DNA of 32,843 bases from a virus (IMGVR_UViG_3300020374_000015:1-32843); one strand, 5' to 3'. Positions 17,038 through 26,005 are shown, counted from the stretch's first letter. Notes: a model not told the origin generated them from the sequence alone. Numbers and translations: made by a program.

Positions 17038-18276
17038 ATGGCAATTCTAAATGGTATTAACGTAAAAGACGCTGAATTTACAGCAATGCAGGAGAAGGCT
17101 ACTGCCGCTATCTGTAAGCAATCATTTCAAAATAATAAAAAATTTAATTCAGTAAAAGATATAATTAACGATAAAGATACCGTAAAAGAATTAAAAGAAA
17201 TATTTGTTAAAGACAGAAAACAATTATTTTTTTACAGGATGCCTTTTTCACAAAATATAGAAAAAAACTGGTTTGAAACTTTTGTTAAACAAAATGAAAG
17301 AATATTAAAAGAGTTTTCTAACGCAAAATTTACCGTCTTTGATAGAGATGATAAAGATGGTTTTATGATGTGGTTTATGAAAACGATTAGAGATTATTTT
17401 AGTATATCAAATAAAGACTCATACAATCCTGCTGATATATGGTTGATTGATAAAAAAGAAGTCAATAGACAAGTCATATTAAAAGAAATAGAAGGACCTA
17501 AAGGCACACAAACTATAGAAGAACTTAATCAGATAATGAGAAAGTTATACAAAGAAAGAAAAGTTGTAGGTCTTTCTTTAAAATTAATTTCAGGTGGTCA
17601 AGCAAAGTACCAAGAAGTCAATTTAGATGATAAGTTTTTTAAAGCAGTAGAAAATAAAAAAGGTGAGTTTGATTATAATCTTTTAAAAGTTAAGTTTGAT
17701 CTATCAACATATGGCGTAAAAAAGAATGCTGGTTTTACAACACAAGATTCTGTATTAACTTTAGGTATTAGAGGTACAGAAATAGCAAAGTTTCAAGTTA
17801 AAGGTAATACAACATCAAGGTTATCTAATCTAAAAATAGAAGGCACAGGTAAAGGTGAGGCTGCAAGATTAGGTAAGGCACCTTTAGAACTAGTTAGAAA
17901 ATTAACTGCTGGCAAACCATACAAATCACAATTTATAAATGACGCAAAAAATGAACCACAAAATATAAAACAATTTGACAAACAAGCAAAGATGTGGCAA
18001 GGTATGTATGATGAGTTAGTTAGAAATATGAAACAAAAAGGCATACCTTTAGAGGTTAAAATTATGCCTAAAGATTTTACGAAGAATATGCGAATAGCAT
18101 TTGAGGGTAGAACACCTTGGATTGCTAATAACAAACTACTACAATTAAGGTTTTTACATATGGTTTCTAAATTTAAAAAAGAAGAAATCCATGAGTATAT
18201 GACCGATCTAATCTTCTTATGCCAGAAGATAGGGCGTAGTGTCTTTCCTTTCGGGCCGTTCGGCAAACTTTATTAG
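17038..18276 (+). CDS. putative PD-(D/E)xK-fold endonuclease-like protein
   Basis: N-terminal QE, YNPADIW and VGLSLK resemble an E...PD...(S)xK nuclease core. Confidence 0.5.
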   Translation: MAILNGINVKDAEFTAMQEKATAAICKQSFQNNKKFNSVKDIINDKDTVKELKEIFVKDRKQLFFYRMPFSQNIEKNWFETFVKQNERILKEFSNAKFTVFDRDDKDGFMMWFMKTIRDYFSISNKDSYNPADIWLIDKKEVNRQVILKEIEGPKGTQTIEELNQIMRKLYKERKVVGLSLKLISGGQAKYQEVNLDDKFFKAVENKKGEFDYNLLKVKFDLSTYGVKKNAGFTTQDSVLTLGIRGTEIAKFQVKGNTTSRLSNLKIEGTGKGEAARLGKAPLELVRKLTAGKPYKSQFINDAKNEPQNIKQFDKQAKMWQGMYDELVRNMKQKGIPLEVKIMPKDFTKNMRIAFEGRTPWIANNKLLQLRFLHMVSKFKKEEIHEYMTDLIFLCQKIGRSVFPFGPFGKLY

Positions 18277-18284
18277 TATAAATA
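18277..18284 (+). promoter_or_regulatory. T4-type late promoter
   Basis: TATAAATA immediately after the stop codon of the previous gene. Confidence 0.75.
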
Positions 18285-18330
18285 GTCTAGTAAGTAGTGA
18301 TTTATTAATGGAATTAGTGTGATTTTTCGC

Positions 18331-18359
18331 TTGACAAAGGCGATAAATTTTGATATAAT
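18331..18359 (+). promoter_or_regulatory. sigma70-type promoter
   Basis: Perfect TTGACA-17 bp-TATAAT with TG extension. Confidence 0.8.
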
Positions 18360-18376
18360 GGGTATAGTGGAGAGAT

Positions 18377-19600
18377 ATGTATAGTTTTAAACAATACTTA
18401 AATGAGGCAAAAAATACTCATTTAGAACATTTAGAAGACGAAATTATTAATAACGGATATCAAGGTGGTATCAACGCTATTGAGTTTCTTAAATCAATAA
18501 GAAACATGTTAGTAGGATCATCACGTAGAAAATTAAATCTATCTGTTAAATGGGATGGTGCACCTGCTGTATTCTGTGGTGTTAATCCTGAAAACGGCAA
18601 ATTCTTTGTCGGATCAAAATCTATATTCAACGTAACTCCTAAAATCAATTACACACAATCAGACATTAGAAAAAATCACTCTGGTGGTTTGGTAGATAAA
18701 CTATCTATCTGTTTAAAAGAACTACCAAAACTTGGCATAAGAGGTGTTGTACAAGGCGACTTGTTATTTACACCAGGAGATATTAAAAAGGTATCTATAA
18801 GAGGTGAGGATGCTATTTCATTTACACCTAATACTATAACTTATGCAGTACCAGAAAATACTGATCTTGCTAGAAAAATTATGAGAGCTAAACTAGGTAT
18901 CATTTTTCACACTACTTACAATGGCAGAAAAATGGCTAATTTAAAAGCAAGCTTTGGCGTCAATGTAAATCGTTTTGCAAAGACGCCATCAGTATTTTAT
19001 GATGACGCTTCATACAAAGACGCTTCAGGTGTTGCTACATTTACAACAACTGAAAGTGACCAATATGATAGTATGTTAAGAATGGCTATGGGATCATTAG
19101 GTAAAGGTAAAAGAATATTAGAACTATTAAGAAGACAGACAAATTTATTATCTGTAGGCGCTAGACTAAAAATATTTTTCAATACAAAAATAAGAGATGG
19201 TCAGACTATTGCTAATGTTAAAAATCTACAATCTGATTTTAGAAAATATTATGCGTCCGTATTAGATGATGAGATGTCAAGTAAGAAAACAGCAAACGCT
19301 AAAAAGAAATACGAGATGATAAGAAACGATGGTTTAAGATTTATTGATAGTAACGAAAATGATATTTACTTTGCAATCGCAAGTTACATTACACTACAAA
19401 GAGTTAAAAACTTTTTAGTTGGCAAAATGAATCAAATTAAATCAATAGGTACTTTCTTACAAAAAGGTAATGGGTTTGAAGTAACAAATCCTGAAGGCTA
19501 CGTTGCTGTAGATAGAATGGGCAACGCAGTTAAACTAGTAGATAGGTTAGAGTTTAGTACTGCTAACTTTACACTTGCTAAGAACTGGATTAAAGGATGA
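18377..19600 (+). CDS. conserved T4-like phage protein (DUF6267-like) with ATP-dependent ligase/nucleotidyltransferase motifs
   Basis: KNTHLEHLED N-terminus; K58-WDG (motif I), VQGDL (III), E373-GYV (IV), VK386-L (V). Confidence 0.6.
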   Translation: MYSFKQYLNEAKNTHLEHLEDEIINNGYQGGINAIEFLKSIRNMLVGSSRRKLNLSVKWDGAPAVFCGVNPENGKFFVGSKSIFNVTPKINYTQSDIRKNHSGGLVDKLSICLKELPKLGIRGVVQGDLLFTPGDIKKVSIRGEDAISFTPNTITYAVPENTDLARKIMRAKLGIIFHTTYNGRKMANLKASFGVNVNRFAKTPSVFYDDASYKDASGVATFTTTESDQYDSMLRMAMGSLGKGKRILELLRRQTNLLSVGARLKIFFNTKIRDGQTIANVKNLQSDFRKYYASVLDDEMSSKKTANAKKKYEMIRNDGLRFIDSNENDIYFAIASYITLQRVKNFLVGKMNQIKSIGTFLQKGNGFEVTNPEGYVAVDRMGNAVKLVDRLEFSTANFTLAKNWIKG

Positions 19601-20184
19601 AAACTTTTAGAGATTTTATATTTGAAAAATTAGGTAGAATGAGAATAGTTATGTTAGGTGGCCCTGGTTCAGGTAAATCAACATATACAGAATACTTAAT
19701 TAAACATTTTAATATTACACATATCTATCCAGGTGGCATGTTAAGAAAAGAAGTAGAAAAAGGTAGTGAGATAGGACAACAAGTTAAATCAATTATTGAT
19801 AGAGGTGAATTTGTACCTAATCAAATAGTATTAGATTTAATTACTAAAAAAGTTGAACAATCGCCACAAGGTTATGTGTTAGATGGTTGGCCTAGATATA
19901 TGCAACAAGTTGAAGACATGGAGAAAGCAGAAATAGGTTATGACTATGCAGTATTTTTAGATGTAAGTAGAGAAGAAGTTATGAGAAGACTACTTGCAAG
20001 AGGTAGAGCAGATGATACGGAAGAGATTATAGGTAATAGAATAGAATTATATAAAAAAGAAACAGGTCCTGTAATAGAATATATGAGAAAAAGACCAGGA
20101 TTTTTAGAAATAAAAGCAGAGGGTGGCACACCTGAAGAAACTGCTAACGAAATTATAAGAAGAATAGAAAATGAAAGTAAATAG
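19597..20184 (+). CDS. adk: adenylate kinase (short-LID type)
   Basis: LGGPGSGKST, G.MLR, G.FVP, LDGWPR..Q, RGRADD. Confidence 0.88.
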   Translation: MKTFRDFIFEKLGRMRIVMLGGPGSGKSTYTEYLIKHFNITHIYPGGMLRKEVEKGSEIGQQVKSIIDRGEFVPNQIVLDLITKKVEQSPQGYVLDGWPRYMQQVEDMEKAEIGYDYAVFLDVSREEVMRRLLARGRADDTEEIIGNRIELYKKETGPVIEYMRKRPGFLEIKAEGGTPEETANEIIRRIENESK

Positions 20185-20857
20185 TTTTATACAACATTTA
20201 TCTGAAGGACTTTATGATCCAGGTATATTCAAAGCCTTCTTTCTTGCAGGTGGTCCTGGGTCAGGTAAAACATTTGTTACATCTACTGCCTTTGCAGGTA
20301 GTGGTTTGAAATTAGTTAATTCAGACGTTGCATTTGAAAGAGGATTAAAAAAGGCGAACTTATCTTTAAGTATGCCAGATGAAGAAACATATTTTAGAAA
20401 CATAATAAGAAAAAGTGCAAAAGCATTAACTATATCACAATTAGATAAATATGTAGATGGACGACTTGGTTTAGTTATTGATAGTACTGGTAGAGATTAT
20501 GATATGATTGCCAGACATCATAACATGCTACAACAAATGGGTTACGATTGTTACATGGTATTTGTGAATACAAGTTTAGAAGTTGCATTGGCAAGAAATG
20601 CTAGACGTGAAAGGACTATACCAGAATACATAACAACAAATAGTTGGAATGGTGTTCAAAGTAATATAGGTAAATTTCAAAGACTATTTGGTATGAGGAA
20701 TTTTATCGTAGTTGATAACAACAAGTCAGATTTAGAATTAACAACACTTACAATGAATAGAGTAAGTAAAGTAGTAAGAAAATTTATTACATCGCCTGTA
20801 TCAAACTATAGAGCGAAACAATGGATGAAAAAAGAATTAGAGGCTCGTAAAAGATGA
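20171..20857 (+). CDS. P-loop kinase, zeta-toxin/Pnk (AAA_33)-like
   Basis: LAGGPGSGKT, VNSD, VIDSTG, ALARNARRER lid. Confidence 0.75.
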   Translation: MKVNSFIQHLSEGLYDPGIFKAFFLAGGPGSGKTFVTSTAFAGSGLKLVNSDVAFERGLKKANLSLSMPDEETYFRNIIRKSAKALTISQLDKYVDGRLGLVIDSTGRDYDMIARHHNMLQQMGYDCYMVFVNTSLEVALARNARRERTIPEYITTNSWNGVQSNIGKFQRLFGMRNFIVVDNNKSDLELTTLTMNRVSKVVRKFITSPVSNYRAKQWMKKELEARKR

Positions 20858-23800
20858 GATTTAAAAAGTTTAACGATATAGAAAATATTAGGCACGCTAA
20901 GGTAGAAGAAAAGCCTATTAAGAACTATACAGGTAATATAGACGAAGTAAATTGCTCATCACCTAATAAGAACACATCAGCTGCAACTAAAAAAGAAATG
21001 GTTGAAATGCAAGGTATGTTCAAACAAAGAAACAAAGCAATAGAACAATCAGTAAAAGACCACGACCCTAAATCGGAATATGCTATAGAAAAATATCTAA
21101 AAGAAAATAATTTAGAACTTAATACAAAAGATACAGATAAAATTATTGAATTAGGTGGTGCAGTTGCTAGAAGATTTAAGAACAAGTTTGAAAGAGCAAG
21201 ACCATATCACCTTGCAGACGCAATGGGTATGAAGTTTGATAGTATGCCTTTAAAATCTGATAGTATGAAAACACCAGCATATCCTAGTGGTCACTCTTTA
21301 CAAAGTAGATTGATTGCAGAATACTATGCTGAAAAATATCCTGAACACAAAGCAGAACTAATAGATCGTGCTGATGAATGTGGTATGGGTAGAGTATTTG
21401 CAGGTTGGCATTATCCATCAGATCACAAAGCAGGTGTTAAATTAGCAAAAGAAATTTATCCTAAAATTAATTTAAGAAAGTCTTTAAAAGAAAGTATAAT
21501 TGATATACCTAGAAAGACATATGCAAGAGGAGTATTTGATAAAGCAGATACACCTAATCCAGTATTAAAACCATCTGTTAAGAAAATGGCACTAGATGGT
21601 ATAAAGACATTTGAAAAATTTGGTAAAGTAGTTAAATATACTCTAATCGGTAGTATATTAACAAAACAATATAGGGCTGACGCAGACCTTGACATTAATA
21701 TCTTATTTGATATACCTGGTTCAAAAGCAGAACAAGAAAAGGTACATGATGAGATTAGAGAATATCAAGGACAGATAAATGGTAAAACTATACCAGGCAC
21801 AGAGCATCCTATCAACTACTTTTCCATCATAGATCCTGCTACATTTAATAAGGCAAGGGACATGGCTGATGGTACTTTTGATATAGACACTAACAAGTGG
21901 ATCAAAAAACCAGAACCTGGCACCTTTGAACCTGAAAAATACGTAGCGGATTTTCAGAAGCGTGTTTCTGAAATAGATGTTGTTAAAGGTGAATTAGTAC
22001 GAGATATGATTGATTATGAGGAATTATCGCAATTGACAAGTGCAGATATAGAAAACTTGTCAGGATTAATTTCTAAAAAGTTAGCTGAGATTAAAGATTC
22101 TATTAACACTCTAATTGATATTGGCGACAAAACTTATGCAGACCGAAAGGATGCATTTGACAAAGACATGTCACCAGAAGAAATCAGAAAGTTTGGTGTT
22201 AAGAACCGACTTCCTAAAAATGTGATTTATAAAATGTTAGAAAAGTATCATTATCTCAAATTTTTCAAAAAGTTGAACGAGATCATGGAGGATGGTAAAA
22301 TAACTCCAGATGAACTGAAATCATTATCAAAAATAAAAGAGGCCAAGGGTAGATCAATTGCATTTACCTTTGGCCGATTTAACCCGCCTACAATAGGGCA
22401 TGAAAAACTTATTAATAAAGTAGCACAACAAAGAACAGATGATTACAGAATTTATTTAAGTAAGAGTGAAGACACGAACAAGAATCCATTGAACGCAAGA
22501 GTCAAACTTGCAACAATGAAACAAATGTTTCCTAGACATGCTAGAAACATAATGCTAAACCCTTCAAACATGATATTAGATATTGCTACTGAATTACACA
22601 ATAGAGGATATTCTAATGTTACGTTTGTTGCAGGTTCAGATAGAGTAAGAGAATTTGATACTATCTTAAAAAAATATAACGGCGTTAAGAGCCGTCATGG
22701 TCTATATGACTTTGATAGTATAAATGTTGCAAGTGCTGGTGAAAGAGATCCAGACGCTGATGGTGCAACAGGTATGAGTGCTAGTAAAATGAGGCAGGCT
22801 GCTAAAGATAAAGACTTTACAAGTTTCAAAAAAGGTCTTCCGTCTGGCTTTGCTAATACAACAAAGGCACAAGATTTATTTAAGAATGTAAGAAAAGGAA
22901 TGATGTTGGCTGCTTCATATGATATTGAAGAAGGCACATTAAGATTTAAACCATTTATAACTGCCTCTACAAAAGAGGAGTTAGATAAGATGACATTAAG
23001 GGACAAATATATTTCTGAGCAAATGTATGATGTAGGAGATATAGTTGATGACGTAGAGTCAAATATCACTGGTGTTATCATAAGAAGAGGAACAAACTAC
23101 GTTACATTGGAAGACGAGGACATGAAATTACACAAATGTTGGTTATATAACATAATGGAAACACCTGTCTATCCAGTAAAATTAGAGGAAAGATCAATGA
23201 ACTTAAAGGAGAAAAGAAAGAATCCGTACGACAAAGAAACGGATCAACCTAAAAAATACGTTGCAGGATTATCAGACAAAGATAAAAAGGCACATGATAA
23301 ACATTTAGAAAAACAAGGTAAGAAATCAGATAGTGATAAATCTGCCTATGTACAATCGCCTGCTGATAAGAAAGCAAAAACTAAAACATCTAAACATACA
23401 AAACGTTTCAAACAAATGTATGGTGAGTTAAAAACAAAGAGAGATGAAAAAGAACCTCAACATAGAGGTAATGAATTTAATGACACAGGAATACCAGAGT
23501 CTTACGATATAGGACATGACTATGCAAAATATACATCTTCAATAACTCCAGGTGAAAAACACTATAAAACTACCTTTCAAGGCACATCTTACACCCCTAG
23601 CAAACATAGTGATAACTTAATCAATATAAACGCTGAAAAGGAAAAAGAGATGAATAAAAAAGTTGAACTAAAAGACATAGAAGAATGGGCAACTAAAGAA
23701 GAAACTATTAATAAATATAAGGAAAGATACGGAGAAGAATGGCAATCTAAAATTGAAGAAACATATAATAAGATGTTCAATAAAGTGATTGACACAAATA

Positions 23801-24279
23801 GCAATATGCAAGAAGGCAGAATGAAAGAAATCGCTATAGACCTTATGAGTAAAGAAAAAGGTGGACTAGACGCTGAAGAATTTGAAAGAAAATATAGAAA
23901 ATCTAAAGCAGAGATGAGAAAAGAATTAGGCGCTTCTGAAGGCTTCAAAATGTCATTTAAAGAATTTGCTGAAGAAGTAAATGAGTGGGGAGTATTACCA
24001 TCTTTAATTACTGAAGCAGAATACCAAGGTAAAAAAGTAAAACTAAACGATCCAATTAGAGGCGGTAGTAAGAAATTTTACGTATATACTAAAAACGAAA
24101 AAGGCAACGTAGTCAAAGTATCATTTGGTGATACAACAGGATTAAGTATTAAGAGAGATGATCCTGCAAGACGAAGAAGCTTTAGAGCAAGACACAATTG
24201 TGATAATCCAGGACCTAAATGGAAAGCAAGATACTGGTCTTGTTATCAATGGAGAGCGGGAGCAAAGGTAAATAACTAA
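20854..24279 (+). CDS. multidomain protein: PAP2 phosphatase + Pol-beta-type nucleotidyltransferase + HIGH-type (cytidylyl/NMN-adenylyl) transferase + C-terminal phage domains
   Basis: KX6RP / YPSGH / RX5HX3D (aa ~105-190); GS...DLD (aa 266-280); FGRFNPPTIGH, VAGSDR, MSASKMR (aa ~500-650); C-terminal VSFG...ARRRSFRARHNC...ARYWSC. Confidence 0.8.
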   Translation: MRFKKFNDIENIRHAKVEEKPIKNYTGNIDEVNCSSPNKNTSAATKKEMVEMQGMFKQRNKAIEQSVKDHDPKSEYAIEKYLKENNLELNTKDTDKIIELGGAVARRFKNKFERARPYHLADAMGMKFDSMPLKSDSMKTPAYPSGHSLQSRLIAEYYAEKYPEHKAELIDRADECGMGRVFAGWHYPSDHKAGVKLAKEIYPKINLRKSLKESIIDIPRKTYARGVFDKADTPNPVLKPSVKKMALDGIKTFEKFGKVVKYTLIGSILTKQYRADADLDINILFDIPGSKAEQEKVHDEIREYQGQINGKTIPGTEHPINYFSIIDPATFNKARDMADGTFDIDTNKWIKKPEPGTFEPEKYVADFQKRVSEIDVVKGELVRDMIDYEELSQLTSADIENLSGLISKKLAEIKDSINTLIDIGDKTYADRKDAFDKDMSPEEIRKFGVKNRLPKNVIYKMLEKYHYLKFFKKLNEIMEDGKITPDELKSLSKIKEAKGRSIAFTFGRFNPPTIGHEKLINKVAQQRTDDYRIYLSKSEDTNKNPLNARVKLATMKQMFPRHARNIMLNPSNMILDIATELHNRGYSNVTFVAGSDRVREFDTILKKYNGVKSRHGLYDFDSINVASAGERDPDADGATGMSASKMRQAAKDKDFTSFKKGLPSGFANTTKAQDLFKNVRKGMMLAASYDIEEGTLRFKPFITASTKEELDKMTLRDKYISEQMYDVGDIVDDVESNITGVIIRRGTNYVTLEDEDMKLHKCWLYNIMETPVYPVKLEERSMNLKEKRKNPYDKETDQPKKYVAGLSDKDKKAHDKHLEKQGKKSDSDKSAYVQSPADKKAKTKTSKHTKRFKQMYGELKTKRDEKEPQHRGNEFNDTGIPESYDIGHDYAKYTSSITPGEKHYKTTFQGTSYTPSKHSDNLININAEKEKEMNKKVELKDIEEWATKEETINKYKERYGEEWQSKIEETYNKMFNKVIDTNSNMQEGRMKEIAIDLMSKEKGGLDAEEFERKYRKSKAEMRKELGASEGFKMSFKEFAEEVNEWGVLPSLITEAEYQGKKVKLNDPIRGGSKKFYVYTKNEKGNVVKVSFGDTTGLSIKRDDPARRRSFRARHNCDNPGPKWKARYWSCYQWRAGAKVNN

Positions 24280-25412
24280 TGACAACTAGATACAGACAAT
24301 CATGGCACTTGAACGAATTTACGCTTGTTCATGTAGTAAGATATAGAGATCCACTAAACAAAAAAAGATTTGCAGTACCTTTTAAAACAAAAGAAAAGGC
24401 ACAAGCAAAGATGGATCAATTAAAAAGAGATGGTGTAAAAGAGATAGAAATTACACAAGACACTTTAAGAGGTAACGTTAAGTTTAAAGAAGGCAAAGAA
24501 GGTGACGCTTATGCTATTGGTATGGCACAAGCAAAAAAATCTATGAATGACGAACCACCTTTAGAGAAAAAAACTATAGAAAAAGGCCATGAAATTGCAA
24601 AAGCAATATTAAAGAAAGAAGATGTAGCAATTAATATGCTTGAGGCAATGAGTCCTGCTCAAATTAAAAAATTAAAAGATAGTTGGGCAGAAATAAAACT
24701 TATGTCACCTGAAAAAGTAAAAACATTAAAGAACTTTTTAGACAAATATTCTACAGATACATTAATGCAACTTGCACAATCAGGTATAAACTTTGTATCT
24801 AACATGGCAAGAAGTGTTGCAATGAAAAGAAAAACAGGCGATATGAAACATGCTGGTTCTATGAAAGAAGAATTAGGTAAAGAAGATGAACCTAAAGTAC
24901 AAAAGATTATAGGTAAACTTAAAAAGGCAAGTGACGCTCATGCTGGTCAAGCAAAAGATTTAGAGAAGGCAATGAAAGAAGAAACGACTGACTCTGAAAG
25001 AATGGCTAAAATGAGAGTTAGACAAATGGAATTACAAACTAAATTAAGAGATTTAGATGTAGGTAACCCTAAAGATAAAACACCAATTGCAATCGCAAAA
25101 AACGACTTGGAGAACATACAAATGAAAATGGATCAACTGAAAAACAAAAGAGAAAGTAAAGAGCATCCTGCAAAAGCATTATACGAGAAGATTGCTGCTG
25201 TAAAAAATAAAGCAGAGAAAACAGGAATGCCTTACTCAATTCTTAAACAAGTATATAACAGAGGAATGGCTGCATGGAAAGGCGGACATAGACCTGGTAC
25301 TACACCACAACAATGGGCAATGGCTAGAGTAAATAGTTTTGTAACTAAATCATCTGGTACGTGGGGTGGTGCAGATAAAGATTTAGCTAAAAAAGTAAGG
25401 AGTAGTAAGTAA
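24279..25412 (+). CDS. charged multi-segment protein, putative internal head protein (DUF5824-like C-terminus)
   Basis: C-terminal ILKQVYNRGMAAWKGGHRPGTTPQQWAMARVNSF; many xKEE/LxE segments. Confidence 0.55.
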   Translation: MTTRYRQSWHLNEFTLVHVVRYRDPLNKKRFAVPFKTKEKAQAKMDQLKRDGVKEIEITQDTLRGNVKFKEGKEGDAYAIGMAQAKKSMNDEPPLEKKTIEKGHEIAKAILKKEDVAINMLEAMSPAQIKKLKDSWAEIKLMSPEKVKTLKNFLDKYSTDTLMQLAQSGINFVSNMARSVAMKRKTGDMKHAGSMKEELGKEDEPKVQKIIGKLKKASDAHAGQAKDLEKAMKEETTDSERMAKMRVRQMELQTKLRDLDVGNPKDKTPIAIAKNDLENIQMKMDQLKNKRESKEHPAKALYEKIAAVKNKAEKTGMPYSILKQVYNRGMAAWKGGHRPGTTPQQWAMARVNSFVTKSSGTWGGADKDLAKKVRSSK

Positions 25413-26005
25413 TGGAAAAGAAATATTTTGATACAAAACAAGGTAGTGTAGAAGAAAAAATCAATACGATTGCTACATCACAACCATCTATTTCAAAACC
25501 TGAAACAGATGTTAAGTTATCAGTAGATAAGAAATACTTTGAAACTAAAAAAGGATCAATAGAAGAAATCGCAAGTAAACTTGTTGAGAGTAAATTAGAT
25601 CCAGTTAATAAAGACGCTGTTAAGAAAAAGTTTGACGACAGAAAAGATAAAGACATTGATAACGATGGTGATACAGATTCTACAGACAAGTATCTTCACA
25701 AAAGAAGAGCTGCAATATCTAAAGCAACTGAAGCAGTAAGTCCTGCTCAACAAGCTGCAATTGCAATATCTAAAAAAGAACGTGGTGAAAAACCAAAGAA
25801 TGAAGCTGTAACACAAGACGATCATGGTGAAAAACAAAATGCTAAAAAAGTTAAAGACTATACTGATCCTAAAAAAGGTGAGAAGAAACCTTTTAAATCT
25901 TTAAGAGCAGAAACAAAAATTATCAAACTAGGCGACAAAGGTAAAACTGCTACTGGTAAAGACGCTGGTGCAATAGACGTAGAACCTAGTGCAAAACCTA
26001 TCTAG
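25412..26005 (+). CDS. charged protein with internal repeat and EF-hand-like loop, putative prohead core/internal protein
   Basis: KKYFxTKxGSxEE twice; DIDNDGDTDSTD; AGGAG RBS. Confidence 0.55.
   Translation: MEKKYFDTKQGSVEEKINTIATSQPSISKPETDVKLSVDKKYFETKKGSIEEIASKLVESKLDPVNKDAVKKKFDDRKDKDIDNDGDTDSTDKYLHKRRAAISKATEAVSPAQQAAIAISKKERGEKPKNEAVTQDDHGEKQNAKKVKDYTDPKKGEKKPFKSLRAETKIIKLGDKGKTATGKDAGAIDVEPSAKPI
25418..25567 (+). repeat. degenerate 39-bp in-frame direct repeat (25418-25456 and 25529-25567)
   Basis: KKYFDTKQGSVEE versus KKYFETKKGSIEE. Confidence 0.75.

Noticed and set aside
20171-20857. Zeta toxin of a toxin-antitoxin module
   Set aside because: No epsilon-like antitoxin gene adjacent; only the general P-loop kinase fold is supported
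20854-21492. Vanadium haloperoxidase call for the first domain
   Set aside because: Motifs are shared with PAP2 acid phosphatases; small size and nucleotide-enzyme context favour a phosphatase
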